A stretch of DNA of 64,000 bases, from the NCBI RefSeq assembly GCF_006345805.1, contig NC_042998.1:187798001-187862000 (forward strand). The letters are read 5' to 3'. Shown here in pieces: positions 1-12,820 of the stretch. The position numbers and the translations under genes are program-made. The DNA comes from Octopus sinensis (taxonomy: Eukaryota). The notes under the pieces are model-generated. The model was not told where the DNA came from. It saw nothing but the letters and a program-made list of their open reading frames with translations, and made no database searches. Position 1 is the stretch's first letter. Each line of letters opens with the position of its first letter.

Positions 1-33
1 ATATATATATATATATAATATATATATATATAC

Positions 34-97
<64 letters not shown>

Positions 98-99
<2 letters not shown>

Positions 100-240
100 T
101 TAGGGAGTAAATCCAAACTTACAGGGAAAAATTAGATTTTGGATTAAATCAAATTTCACGGTATAAATATAAATTAAATTAGAGATAAAACCACTATTAG
201 GCAAATCAAACAGTGAAAAACATAAACCAAAACACAATAA
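98..240. repeat. AT-rich dispersed repeat next to (TA)n/(AAT)n (other copies ~12615-12700 and ~15677-15800)
   Basis: AAATTAGAGAYAAAACCACTATTAGG occurs in all three copies, always beside TA/AAT microsatellites. The upstream part ATTAGGGA(G/A)TAAATCCAAACTTACAGGGAAAAAT is present in the first and third copies. Confidence 0.75.
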
Positions 241-544
241 TAAATATAATTAATATAATATACAAAATATATAAAATTTAAAATTAAATTATTTAATTTA
301 AAATTTTAAATTTATATTTATAAATTTTTATATTTTTTATAGTTTTTAAAATTTTAAATTTATAAATTTTTAAACTTTTAATTTTTTTTATATTTATATT
401 TATATTTATTTATTTTAATTTTTTTTATTTATTTAATTATTTTAATTTGTCTAATTTAATTTATATATATATATATATCTGTGAATTTATAACTTTATAT
501 CTGTGAATTTATAACTGGAGATTAATATAGTGTTAGGGTAACTT

Positions 545-660
545 CATTCATTTGCTCATTAACTCATTCCCTTCCTGCCTCACTCATTCCCTCATAGACT
601 CATTCATTCACTCCTCACTCACTCACTCGTTCAGCCACTCACTCACTCATACACTCACAT
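545..660 (+). repeat. (CACT/CATT)n degenerate microsatellite
   Basis: Runs of cattcattcactcactcact; explains spurious ORF 552-764. Confidence 0.85.
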
Positions 661-1130
661 ATATGTTTACCTACACATCACCCTGTTCATACACATGGAA
701 GTATTCATCATTGCACATAAATGTTATCTTATCTGAAATATCTGTAAACTGCTACCTTGATTAATAGATATGAAGTCACTTCCCAACACACCTCAATGTC
801 TGGGTCACATTCATATTGTCATCATGATTCCTTTTCTTCTACAACTACAATGGTCTTTGCTCCTCTGAGTCAGTTGGTATTATGTCACCTCTACTCAGAC
901 ACTCTGGCTCACTAGTCACCCATATTGAACCAAATTTCACTCACATCACTTTTCCAATTCATTTCTCTCCAGAATGCCAACACTCAGGAATTCTATTCCT
1001 GCACATACTTTTCCTTCAGTCCTTGTAGCTCTTCAATAATTTCATTCAAGTACACCACTCTGATAACTCTCTGACACCGTTATATGATAATGAGTACAGT
1101 CTCTTCTTCAAGACTAAAGTATTAAAAAGA

Positions 1131-1500
1131 GGGTGTGTGGTAAAAAGCTTGCTTCCTAACCATATGGTTCCAGCTCCTTATTTCTTTACTGCCCACAAGG
1201 GGCTATACACAGAGAAGACAAACAAGGACAGACAAACGGATTAAGTTGATTATATTGACTCCAGTGCATAACTGGTACTTAATTTATCGTCCCCGAAAGG
1301 ATGAAAGGCAAAGTCGACCTCGGCGGAATTTGAACTCAGAATGTAATGGCAGATGAAATACAGCTACGCATTTCGCCCGGCGTGCTAACGTTTCTGCCCC
1401 ACTGGATGGTGCCTTGGGCATGTGTCTTCTACTTTAGTTTTGGGCCAACCAAAGCCTTGTGAGTGGATTTGGTAGACAGAAACTCAAATAGCCTTTTGTG
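1131..1500 (+). mobile_element. tRNA-derived SINE family A, split by an inserted family B SINE
   Basis: Head GTGTGTGGTAAAAAGCTTGCTTCCTAACCATATGGTTCC at 1133-1171; body CCTTGGGCA...GCCTTGTGAGTGGATTTGGTAGACAGAAACT resumes after ~1400. Confidence 0.75.
1177..1398 (-). mobile_element. tRNA-derived SINE family B
   Basis: Minus strand GGCAGAAACGTTAGCACGCCGGGCGAAATGC...GAGTTCAAATTCCGCCGAGGTCGACTTTGCCTTTCATCCTTTCGGG (B-box plus a central domain resembling the Meta/Sauria-type SINE core); tail GTGGGCAGTAAAGAAATAAG. Confidence 0.9.
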
Positions 1501-1501
1501 A

Positions 1502-2932
1502 TATAGAGCGCAACTGGAAATTCCGGTGGGATAGCTTTCTGAGTGCCACAGACCAAATATGTGGCTGGTGCAAAGTCCCTTCCAGACCTAAAGTAACATG
1601 GTGGTGAAACAATTCCATAGACAGGACCATTAGAGCAGAGAAACAGGACTGGAAGTGTAGGGGCAGTTGAAAATTGTATCAAATAGCTAGAAAGGAAGCT
1701 AAGAGACAGGTATATCTAGCCAAAGGAGAAGCAAAAAAGTAGAAGTTTGCCTATGTTCAGCACCATTAGGACCAATGAGTTGAAGTGTTTCAGATTGCAG
1801 GAAAGTGTGTGAGAGAAAATTGTGATGTCATAGGAGAGAAATGCGTCCACATGGATGATGGTGCACTTGCTTTTAATGACTCTGCAAAGAAAGTTGCTTG
1901 GAGATGCCATTATGAAAGACTGCTGAATGTGGAGAATGAATGGGAGGAGGAGAGTCTGCCAAATGTTGACCCAATTGAGGGACCAGCTACCTGAATCTAC
2001 AGTGCCTTGGTAGATAAAGCAATTAAGGATATGAAGGCAGGGAAAGCCCCCTGTCCATCAGGAATCACCACTGAGGTGCTAAAAATATCTGGCTGTGTGG
2101 GTTATGGTCTAGTCACCTGTATTCTAAATCAGGTGGTTCATGAAGGAGTCATACTCAATGACTGGTGTAGCAGCACCATAGTCAACTGCTACAAAGGTGA
2201 AGGTGATGCCTTAGATAGAAAAAATTACAGAGGTATGAAATTGTTGGATCAGGTGATGAAAGTTGCAGAGGGAGTTATAGCCCAACTAATCAGAGAGACA
2301 GTTAGTCTAGATGAGATGCAGTTTGGCTTTGTGCCAGATAGAAGCACCACTGATGCTATATTTCTGATAAGGCAACTGCAAGAGAAATACCTAGCCAAAG
2401 ATAAACCTTTGTACTTGGCTTTTGTTGACTTGGAGAAAGCTTTTGACAGAGTCCTCCAATCCGTTATCTGGTAGTCAATGTGGAAACTAGAGATAGACGA
2501 GTGGTTGGTGAGAGCTGTACAAGCCTTGTACAGGGATGCTACCAATTAGGTGAGGGTGGGCAATGAGTACAACAAAGAATTCAGGGTACAAGAAAGGGTT
2601 CATCAAGGATTGGTCCTCAGCCCTCTCTTGTTTATCATAGTCCTCTAGGCAATAACGGAGGAATTCAAGACAGGATGCCCCTGGGAGCTCCTCTATGCTG
2701 ATGACCTTGCTCTAATTGCTGAGTCACTATCAGAACTAGAGGAGAAGTTTCAAGTGTGGAAACAAGGATTAGAATCAAAGGGCCTTAGAGTCAATGTAGC
2801 TAAAACCAAAGTCCTAATAAGTAGTAAGGCAGGCAAACCACAAATCCCTTCAGGTAGATGGCCCTGCTCGATCTGTTGTAGAGGCATAGGCATGGACAAC
2901 AGATGTTAAATGAAGAAGATGATGATGATGAT
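1502..2932 (+). mobile_element. RTE-clade LINE fragment (decayed reverse transcriptase)
   Basis: ORFs 1785-1994 and 2007-2474 give KGEGDALDRKNYRGMKLL, QFGF, LAFVDLEKAFDRV. Downstream: VHQGLVLSPLLF and LLYADDL (~2690). Several stops. The sequence jumps to a GTTAAATGAAGAA(GAT)n tail at ~2905-2932. Confidence 0.95.
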
Positions 2933-3029
2933 ATATATATATATATATATATTATATATGTTTGTGTGTGTGTGTGTATAGGAGAACTTAGTTTGGGGTT
3001 TGAAAATGCATCTGAATCTAAAAACATCT

Positions 3030-4560
3030 AGTTGTTGTTTTTAAATTTTGTAATAGATTTATTCACATACCAAAACAAGTTTCGAAAATTTTTTATTTAT
3101 CAGTGGTACAAATATATAAATAAAGGGGTTTAGAAGATTTTAAAGTTACAAGGTAAAAGTTGGACAAACTTGTTTAAAGCATCAAATGTTCAAGAAATTT
3201 CAACGAGTTTCACAGAGATAGATAGTAATATCAATGTAAACGTTTGGTGAAGATCATAACAAATATACATCATTGAAAGTTCAGTCATATTGAGTTTTTA
3301 TAAAAAGAAGTGGAGAAGAAAGAGAAAAAGGTGGAGAGAAAGAAAAAAAGTTTTTTGGCAATTTCTGTTGTGGTGCATGTAGTTCTTTTTTTTCAATCTC
3401 AATTTCAGTGCACTGATCTCTTCACCACAACTTGTAGGAGTTCAAAGTACTCTAGGTCCGAATCTTTTAGTATATATATAAATATTTTTATGGAAAACGA
3501 TTCAACTTTTGATTGGTTATAATTTTGATGATGTCTTTTTCTTTTTCTCATGGATATTTTGGTCAAAATAATTTTGTTTTGGCAAAGTCTAGTGTTTTGG
3601 TTGGTTGGCTTCCTGGTGATGATTGCAGTCAAGGAACAAGTTCTAATTGGTTGTAGGTTTTGTGACATTACTTTATTTTGATCAAAAATTTTTTCCATTA
3701 TGGACAAAATATTTTTGTCTTGGCAAAGTTCAGCATTCTGCTTGGTTGACTTCCTTGCAGGGACTCAGTAATCTGTTTCAGCCTGATGGTCATGTAGTGT
3801 TCTGGTTGGTTGGTTGGTTCCCTTAAGAAGTCACTATTTGTTTTATTCTGAGAGTCTGGTTCTGACCAGAGAAAAATTTAATTGGTTTTGTCTGAGGTGA
3901 TGTCAACAACTGGTGTTTGAGAAGGTGTATGGTGTTATTGTACAGTAATTTGGAGTTGGAGTTTCAAATCCCCGAGGAAGCTTGTTATTTGAAGATTTTG
4001 AATTACGTCTGTTGCCTCTGATTGTTTTTCATGGGAAAATTGGGTTTTCTCTTTCTGGTGTGTTATTATAGGGCAATTAGTTGTGGTTGGTATTTTCTAA
4101 TGAACATGCCTTCCTTATTCAATTGAAATTGGATTGAAGCATTTCCAGTGCATTGATAGAGTGAGAAAATCTGGTATTTTGCATTTATATCTGTGGGGCA
4201 TTGACCTAACTGTTTGCTTATAGGAATTTTGCTGGTCATGGGGTCCCATATCTGTTGCCTGTGTACCATCAGTCTGCTCCTCAAGGTCAAGCTAGTTTGA
4301 CCTATATAGTTCCCACCACACCCACCACATCTGAGAACATAAATTAAGTTCTTTGATGCACAGGTGAAGGGATTTTTTATGGTGAATATTTGATCTGACT
4401 TGAATTTATGTTGAACTTCCAGTAAGGTTGATGCAGGTTCTGCAATTAGTGCAGTTACATTTTTGACTAGTAGGGTTGTATTTTTGATGGGTAATTTGGT
4501 GCTGGTAAGTAACAGTTTTAGGGATTTGGGTTGTCTTTTACTTTTGATAATTGAAAACAG
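3030..4560 (-). mobile_element. Penelope-like element relic (GIY-YIG endonuclease end plus 3' region)
   Basis: Minus strand ~4380-4070 reads FTCASKNLIYVLRCGGCGGNYIGQTSLTLRSRLMVHRQQI, a Penelope-type GIY-YIG motif. A decayed HHR-like motif lies at 3069-3107. Confidence 0.85.
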
Positions 4561-4599
4561 AGAGATTCAATGGATATAATTTAATTTATTAATTATTTA

Positions 4600-5000
4600 A
4601 TATTGTCTACAATTATTTCACTTTGTACCCAATTTAAATTACAAAACATATATAATTATATGCACCACAACAGGGATGGTAATGAATTCCACATGACATT
4701 GAAAGTTCAGGAGGTGATAAGTCGAGATGCTATAACTACAGGTGAGTTGCATGAAGTGGGTGATTGACACTCAAGAATCCTTTCATCTTTCAAAGGAGAG
4801 ATATTACAGTTGTGCCTGTTGTTCGCCAACTGAAAAATGCAGGTCCCATCCATAGTGAATGATATGGGTAGTTGTGGTGAGCTTAATGTAAACCAATAGT
4901 TGGAAGTTGGTAAAAATACCAGAAGCTGTACATTATGGAAACGTGTGTTGACTATCTTGCATCTTCCTGCCCACTGGAAGTTAACGATTGAAAAAAGGTG
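4600..5000 (-). mobile_element. Possible highly decayed Penelope-like C-terminal fragment
   Basis: Minus-strand remnants (LPVGRKMQ/CT/YI) loosely follow the CPLxGxC...YIG pattern; many frameshifts. Confidence 0.3.
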
Positions 5001-6819
5001 TGAAATACTACTAGGTGGAAGCTGCCGTTTGTACTAATCTGCAGCTAGCTTTAATTGGTTGAAGTTACCATAGCACAACTATGGTAGTATGCAACAACCA
5101 AATATAGCTTCTCTGTTCACTACATAACCCTCCCCACTTCAGACAGCAAGTTGATATATTAATACAGCACAAGCAAAATTAAGAAAGAAAAATGCAAAGT
5201 AAAATGAATACAACAAGAAAACCAAATGTTCAAACAGTGAGAATGGCCAGTTGAAATATGTACAGTTTTGCATGCCAGGGGCCAACAAGATGAAAGTGGC
5301 TGTGACGGAAGCGTGCATCCGGTGTACTGAAAATGGAAGCAGGATTGAGATCAGCAAGTGATGTAATGCCTCATGGTAACCAAAAGAGTGTACCCGAAAT
5401 GAGCCTCACTGAGGCTGAGGATCCAAGTTGAGACAGAGCAGGTAGGGCCTCAGAGATGTCACACAGGACCTGCAGAGGCTGGCACAAGCAAGGATCTGAA
5501 CTTGTATGTTGCAAATTCAGAAGTGTCAAGTGAGTTCAGACAAAGTAAGATGCTTGAAAGTGTTGTTGATGAAACAACTGGGAAACATCAGTATCACAAC
5601 ATTGTTTGCTGTGCCTGATGCATTACACACAAGCTAAAGCTTTGCATCAGAGACATGGGGAGCAAAGAGGAATGCTGCAATAAGTGTTTCTCAGCAGCAA
5701 AAGCCTGTGTTAAGCAGGTGCAAGCAAGACAAAACCATCCTTCAGAAAGTGGAGCTGGAGAAACTCAGTGGATCAAGGCAGAAGTTCAGAGCAGTGAAGA
5801 ATGATTCAGCTATGAATGTAAAGTAAGCCAAGTAAATGGCACAACTGATGAAATGACGTTGAAGGAGGCTGGTCCTCAATGATTGGAGCATGGTGTGCTT
5901 GACAATGAATATCATCATTCTGTTTTGTTTTAAACTGTTCAAAGTGGTGCCCCCAGCATGGCTGCAGTCTAATGATTTAAATAAGTAAAAGAGTAAAAGG
6001 TTGGCTATCTTTCTTATCATAAATCACTAACATAATGAAGTAGGAGTCATGTTAGTGGTTTGGAGCAAGGAGAAAAATTCGAGTTCTCTACTCTGTGAAG
6101 AGACATAACACAAGCTTTGAACACATGATGTGGTCAACAATGAAACATCTTAAACTCATAGCATTTACCATTTTTTTCCTTGTTTTCTACCCATTTTATC
6201 ATTCTTGCATGGCTAGGGTGGTTTATGTCAGTTGGAGCTTTTGTTGTTACAGCTGGATACCCATCTTGGTGATAACCACTCAACCATGGCATACTATGAG
6301 GCAATTAAAACAATTAGTGTTAGATGTGTTGTTCATGGACACAGCACAATGATAATAGTAATATCTAAGTTTGTGCTAATGTTGTCAGTAGACCAGCATT
6401 GAAACCTCACAATCACTGTGCATCATATGGTATTGATTCTTTCTAAACTATATTTCCTATAAAATATATTGGTTGTTCTTTCTACTTTCACATCAAAGCC
6501 AAACCTTCTTGCACTTATACTAACTTTAACATTTTAATCACCCATGACTATAATGACACATTTTTTTTTGCTGTGATTTATCAATGTTTGTTAATTAGTT
6601 TCATATAAATCAATCAATATTTTCTAACTGTGCAAGTGGTATATATTTCAATTTTACATTTGTTGATAGGCTTTCTCAAAAGTAGTCAGTTGCCAAAGTT
6701 AGCGTTTGGTAGAGTACTGTGCAGTGATTGTATTAGCTCTCTGTGTTCTAAGTTCAGTTCCCACTGAGGTTAACTTTATTTTCAGAGTTGATAAATAAAG
6801 CATAAGTCTTGTACATAAC

Positions 6820-7303
6820 ACTTGTTTGACAAGTGCTATGTGCTTGTCAAAAAATGTTTGTGGGAAGATATAAAAACTGTTTCACATGGCTTTTCTTTAA
6901 GCAATTTGTACAAGACACCACATTGTCAGCTATATACAGACAAATTTGCCACACCTGCCTGGGCACTCAGAATGTAGAGAACTGGAACAAATACCATGAA
7001 GCATTTTGACAAATGGCCTAACAATTTCATAAATTCACCACCCACATTAACCCTTTTGATACCAAATTCCCTGAAACTGTTCGTGGTTCTATGATACAAA
7101 CTTTCTGTTTTAAAGGGGCCTAAATCAAAGGCTTCCATCAAAATTTTATGCTAATTTATATTTCAAATACCAGCTTAAGAATTACAAGTGTGTAGCTAAA
7201 TTCTTCATTATTCTCAAAATTAATGGAAGCAAAGACAATATACTCCAATAGAAATATATGAAGAAAAGGTTTACTACTTCATTTTATCAACCTCAGAAAG
7301 ATG
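6820..7303 (+). repeat. Copy 1 of a ~490-bp local direct duplication (copy 2 at 16283-16777)
   Basis: Near-identical text from CTTGTTTGAC to CCTCAGAAAGATG. ORFs 6926-7141 and 16389-16604 are almost identical. Confidence 0.95.
7051..7270. mobile_element. Decayed piggyBac-type MITE (related to 59769-59988)
   Basis: TTAA-CCCTTTTGATACCAA start and degenerate AAAAGGTTTA end; the interior matches the 59769 element. Confidence 0.65.
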
Positions 7304-7814
7304 GAATGACAGTCATATAGAGATAGAAACAGAGAAACAGGGTAAGAGAGAGAGAGAGAAAAGGAAAGGCAGTTATATTTCATGAAAGCTGTAGGTGTGA
7401 AACAAATTATCTTAAACTTTGTGAATTCTGTATCTTTTCATATATATTAGGAGCAGGACAAACAGCTGTGGATAAAAATCTATATATCTTCAGCTGGATA
7501 ATCTTAGCCAATATAGTATAAATATCAGACTTTAATCCTTCAAGATAAATTTCGTTAGAGTTTTTTTTTACTTTTAACCAAACATACTTCATACTGAAAA
7601 AAATATGAAATCATTGAGGATAATTACCCAGGGATGCCATCTATGTGTAAAACAATAATTAAGTATTTAATGTAGTGAACATTAAAAAAATCTAATTAGG
7701 TATAGCATGAGGAAAAGGCAATATTTGCTCAATGGTTAATTGTTGCAAAACCAGCACAATCATGAATTAGAACATTTCTCCAGATATTTTGCTAGAGAAG
7801 GGAAGGAAAGAGAG

Positions 7815-7819
<5 letters not shown>

Positions 7820-7859
<40 letters not shown>

Positions 7860-7925
7860 TGAGTGAGTGGGAGAGAAAGAGAGAGAGAGAGAGAGAGAGT
7901 GAGAGAGTGAGTGGGAGAGAAAGAG
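7820..7925 (+). repeat. (GA)n microsatellite
   Basis: Direct reading. Confidence 0.95.
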
Positions 7926-8157
7926 ATGACTAATTGTTGCCCTGCTCAGTAAAAAGAGTTGGTATTAGAAATGAATGGCCCCCTCCAAAAAATATAATAG
8001 ACAATGGCTGTAAGATATAGGCTTTTGTTACTTTGAAAGAAAATAAGAATGATTAATTTCTATATTCATTTACAAAATATTTCCATTTTTTGGCCCAGAT
8101 TAAATGTTGAAAATTATGTTACTCCTTCATTGTCTAACTGATTTTTTTTAATAGGAA

Positions 8158-8177
8158 TATGCATACATATGTATGTA

Positions 8178-8213
<36 letters not shown>

Positions 8214-8410
8214 TATGTGTGTGCATATATGTGAGCTGTGTAATTATGTGTAATTATATTTTGAGGATAACTGGATGTACACATACATATTCATATATAC
8301 ATATACACATATATACATATACATATTCATATATACATATACACATATATACACACTTGTACACACACATGTGCAGATACACAAATCTACACACATGCAC
8401 TTATATACAA
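8158..8410 (+). repeat. Compound (TG)n/(TA)n/(CATATA)n microsatellite
   Basis: Direct reading; source of the VC/YI-rich spurious ORFs. Confidence 0.95.
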
Positions 8411-8662
8411 GTTTACATACTTTTTTTTTTTTGTTTTTTGTGGCTACGTTTAAACATTTAATTTTCATGAACATGTGAATGTGTGTTTGTTATATACCCT
8501 GGCATGAGATCTTTGCAATTTACTTGGAAGAGAGGGTAAGAAAAGACAAGAAGATGAGAAAAGAAGAAAGGAAAGAGTAAAGGAACAGAATGAATCACAG
8601 GTATCTGACCTAGGGTCCAACCCTGAGAAACTAGGGGAATAGGTGGAGTGAAGGTTACCTCA

Positions 8663-8949
8663 GTGTCAATGGTCTTATTGTGGTCTACTCCTGTAATGGA
8701 GAATGTATTTGCTCTCATCCAAGCGAGGAGAGAATGCCTTAGATTTTGCATACAAGTATAAGTCATGTATGGGTGAATTCTTTAATATTAGTCTTTTTTC
8801 CTGCTGTGTCAATGGTCTTATTGTGGTCTACTCCTGTAATGGAGAATGTACTTGCTCTCATCCAGGCGAGGAGAGAATGCCTTAGATTTTGCATACAAGT
8901 ATAAGTCACGTATGGGTGAATTCTTTAATATTACTCTTTTTACCTGCTG
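8663..8949 (+). repeat. 143-bp tandem duplication (2 copies)
   Basis: GTGTCAATGGTCTTATTGTGGTCTACTCC starts at 8663 and again at 8806; few substitutions. Confidence 0.95.
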
Positions 8950-9600
8950 TTAGAATAAGGCTAACACTTTTCAGTTGATGTTGCAATTCATGGCTTTTGC
9001 TTTCAAAAGCCATATATACTTGGTTAACATTGTGATATTCCACAACTTATGAATGAGGAGACAGAGCTGCATGGTCATTCTTTAACAGACTCTCTATCAT
9101 TCCAATGTAGTTTTTCAGCAGGATACATAATTTAGTTGTCTGGACTTGACCTTTACCTCGTTGGCAGAGTCACAGTAAGCTTTGAGTAGGTGTGCAGTAT
9201 TATCTCTCAATGGATAACTAACTTCAGTGTTAGGAATGGCTTTTTGTGAATTGATTTGTTTCATGTTGGCTGTACAACTAAAGGAAACTTTAAACATTTA
9301 TCTATCAAATGATTTCCTACATTTATGAGTGGGAGGAAATATTTGTCAAGTACCCCAATGAAGGGCTTATCTATGCTGGAAAGGAGTGTGAGCCAAATAA
9401 CTTTATGACACTGTTTTCTTTGGAGTTTCAGTTGGGTGTGTAGCTAATCACCACTTTTGAACCCATTCAGCATTAGTGTGGTGTTGTAATACCACACTGA
9501 TATATTAAATGGTAGTACATTTTTTGGGGTCATTCTATACTTGTATATATTGGAGTGCCTGTACAGCATGGGTTATGAAATAAAAAACATACAGAATGAT
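8950..9600 (-). mobile_element. Decayed Penelope-like element (post-RT/endonuclease region)
   Basis: Minus-strand remnants LDKYF..THKCRKSFDR*MFKVSFSCTANMKQI and TMLTKYIWLLKAK...NIN*KVL match the PLE pattern DKHFP..HKL.KIFNRNTVKVSYSC / LSKYIW.LK...IKWKIL. Confidence 0.55.
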
Positions 9601-9800
9601 ATCTATATGCATTTAGTACCACTGTGAAATTATGTGCCTTGAAGACCTTTACTGCAGCTTGGGGTGAATATTGAACTGAATGGTTTCCTTATCATTTAAT
9701 GACTCATCAGGATTCATTTATTTATCCCTCAAACACTATCAAGCAATAGCAGTAGATGACTATTTAATAACAACTGTAATTAGCATTACTCACTTAAATA

Positions 9801-9932
9801 ATCTTTTCTACTCTAGGCACAAAGCTTGAAATATTTGGGGAGGGGGGCCAGTCGATTATATTGATCCAGTGTGCAACTGGTACTCGATTTATCGATCCCG
9901 AAAGGATGAAAAGCAAAGTCTACTTTGGCAGA
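9801..9932 (-). mobile_element. SINE family B, alternative-tail variant, 5' truncated
   Basis: TTTCTACTCTAGGCACAA...GGGGGCCAGTCGATT...CCCGAAAGGATGAAAAGCAAAGTC. Confidence 0.8.
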
Positions 9933-10289
9933 CTACTACCCTAAATAATGGTACTAGGTCAATGTTATGTATGCATGTGACCAGAGAGTTGGGCTAGAGG
10001 GTTTCTTTTGAATTTTTATACAAATGACCCTGCCCCCTTACTACACTGTCTATCATTTACAAGAAAGAAAATTGAATGAGTATTTTAGCATCTGAAGCTC
10101 TATGATCCACTAACATATCAAAGCTGGTCTGAGTTCTGAGATTTACACTTTTGGCAGTAACAAATATATTCAGCGTAATTTTAGCTTACTCATTCTTAAC
10201 AATTTATAGACATCTGATTATTGCCTGCAAACTATAAGCAAACACATCACTATATCATTGGATAGTGTATCAGTCACACACACACATTT

Positions 10290-12270
10290 TTTTTCACTGT
10301 AGTTTCAGCTCAGAGCTGTAGCCATGCTGATGCACTGCTGTTTTGCTACACTGTTATTACTGAGAGCCTCCTCCAATATGTGGCACTTGGTGAAGAATGG
10401 TGTTTGATGTAGCTACACTCATTTGCACCTCTTACCATGAGGTAGGTTTATCTGGGACTCTCGACAGGAAGAGGTCCAGCCTTGATTTAAAAACACTTAC
10501 ATCTACTTTATGCAGATTCCTCAAGCTCCTTGGGAGAATATTAAAAAGTTATGGGCCATTGAAACCCAGGCTGTTGCTGTAGCTGGTCCTGAAGTGTGAT
10601 GGCATTGCTGGGATCTTTGGCACTATGCAGTGTCATCCCGTTCTGGCATTGGTGTAGCTTTGAATGCCAAAATTTGGCACAATTCCTTCCAGGATCTTCC
10701 AGATGTATATTATTGCATACCTCTCCTTCCTTCACTCCATGGAATAGAATCTTAGTTGTTTCAGCCTTTCCCAGTAGCTGAACTGTTGTAAAGAGACGAT
10801 CTTCGCTGGATTACTTCAAGGTCCGCTGTTAATTTTACACTGGTGGGTCACCATAGCTGTGAGCAGTAATCCAGGCAGCTGAGGACGAATGTCCGCCAGA
10901 GGACCATCATGGCTTCCTTATCTCTGGTTCTGAATATTCTCAGAATCCATCCAGCCAGTTGTCTGCACTTTGTTGCCATCCTGGTAATGTGCACTTGGAT
11001 AGAGGTATCATCACTCATGTCGATACCCAGGTCCCTCACTGATTTAGGCTCTGAGATTGAAATTCCCTGTGGACCAGTGTACCATGTAAGTTTCATATTC
11101 AGTTTTGGATGCTGGTAGCGCAGGTCTTTGAATTTTTCAGCATTAAACTGCATATTATTATCCTCAGCCCATCTATAAATCGAGTCCAACTCCTGCAGCA
11201 GATGTGCAACATTGCTGGGGTTCTGAATTTTCTGCGAGACTTTCATATTGTCTGTGTAGCTGGCAAGGGTGGCTACCTGGGCAGTTGAGGGTATATCTGA
11301 GAGGGCCACTATGAAAAGCAGTGATCCCAAGACAGTGCCGTGGAACACCGCTCACTATATGTGTTTTCCTTGAGGTGGCTCCATTAGCCACTACTGCTTG
11401 ACTTCTATCTTTCAGAAAGTCATGTAACCACTCTCCAAGTTTTCCAGCTCTGCCAAGATCATGCAGTTTGTGGCATATCATACCATGATTCACTTTGTCA
11501 AAAGCTTTTGCAAAATCAAGATATATTACATCCACATAGTCATAATGTAAGAGCTGAGTCAGGCAGCTCCTGCTTGGTTGAAAGCCATGCTGGGTATCAC
11601 TCAGAAAATTAGTTTCTTCAAGGAATGCGATTTGCTTCCCTCTGACTATCTGTTCCATGACTTTGCTGATGTGTGAAGTCAGAGAGATAGGCCTATAGTT
11701 TTTGGCATCAGCTCTGCTCCCCCCTTTATGTATTGGGCATATTATTCCCTTCTTCAGCTTGCTTGACAGTCGGCTATTTGCAAGAAAGCTCAGGAAGAGA
11801 ATCTGGAGGGGTTTTGCCAGGGCATGCTTACACAATTTGAGGAGGATTAATGAGAAACCATCAGGAACATCAGTTGAGTTTGCGTCCACCTCATTTATGG
11901 CTAGTAGATTATCTTCTGTGCTAATGTTAATGTATTCCATCATAACTGCCTCGCTGGTTATAGGTGAGGCGACAAAGAAGTCCACTGGTTCGTTCACTTG
12001 TCTGTGTTCCAACGGGGTGGTAAAGACACTTTTGAACTGGTCATTCTGTACTTCACTGATCCTGGTTGGACTGTCTGTGAGGGAACCATCTTTTTGGAAA
12101 AGAGGTCTTATCTTGCAGCGTACTGAGGTTGTTTCTTTCGCATAATGAAAGAAGGACTTTGGGTTTGACTTAATGTTTTTTATAACCCAAGCTTCTTTGT
12201 CTGCTCCCTCCTTCACATAGGATTGTTGCAGCCTTTTTTCAATCTCCATCAGTGTTGTTTTTAAGTGGGA
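10290..12270 (-). mobile_element. CR1/L2-group LINE, 5' truncated, decayed ORF2 (RT)
   Basis: ORFs 11173-12324 and 10848-11348: PIHKGGSRADAKNYRPISLTS, QHGF, DVIYLDFAKAFDKV, SGVP/GTVLGSLLF across a frameshift, catalytic YADD mutated to YTDN, RDLGI, LDYCSQLW. The 3' UTR ends near 10290. Confidence 0.95.
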
Positions 12271-12567
12271 CTTTAAAAAACAATACTTTTTCCTTCTTCC
12301 ACACGACTGCAAATTGAAGTACAAAATATCACCACGTGGTATTTTTTGACGATAACTCTAGCTTGTGTCACTGATTTTAATGTATTATATTAAATTTTTA
12401 GTGTAATATATTACATTTTTTTAAAACAATATATTATAGTAGACTGTTATGAAATAGCAAGTACTATGTTTTTGTCAGTTTTAGCAGGTTTTTTCGTTGA
12501 CTTAGGCAATCTCTATTGGTTGTTTCAGGAGAATGAAAAAGCATGTCTTCCCTCAACGAAACCAGAA

Positions 12568-12619
<52 letters not shown>

Positions 12620-12754
12620 TATATTAAATTAGAGATAAAACCACTATTAGGCAATTCAAACAGTGAAAATCATAAGCCAATACATAGAAATAAAATTAAT
12701 TAAAAAATATATAAAAAAATATAAAATATAAAATATAATATATATATATATATA

Positions 12755-12806
<52 letters not shown>

Positions 12807-12820
12807 ATATATATATAAAT
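12568..12820. repeat. (TA)n microsatellite blocks
   Basis: Direct reading. Confidence 0.95.

Noticed and set aside
11173-12324. Longest ORF (383 aa) as a functional gene
   Set aside because: It is CR1-group RT sequence with a frameshift at SGVP, an apparent internal deletion and YADD mutated to YTDN: a dead LINE.
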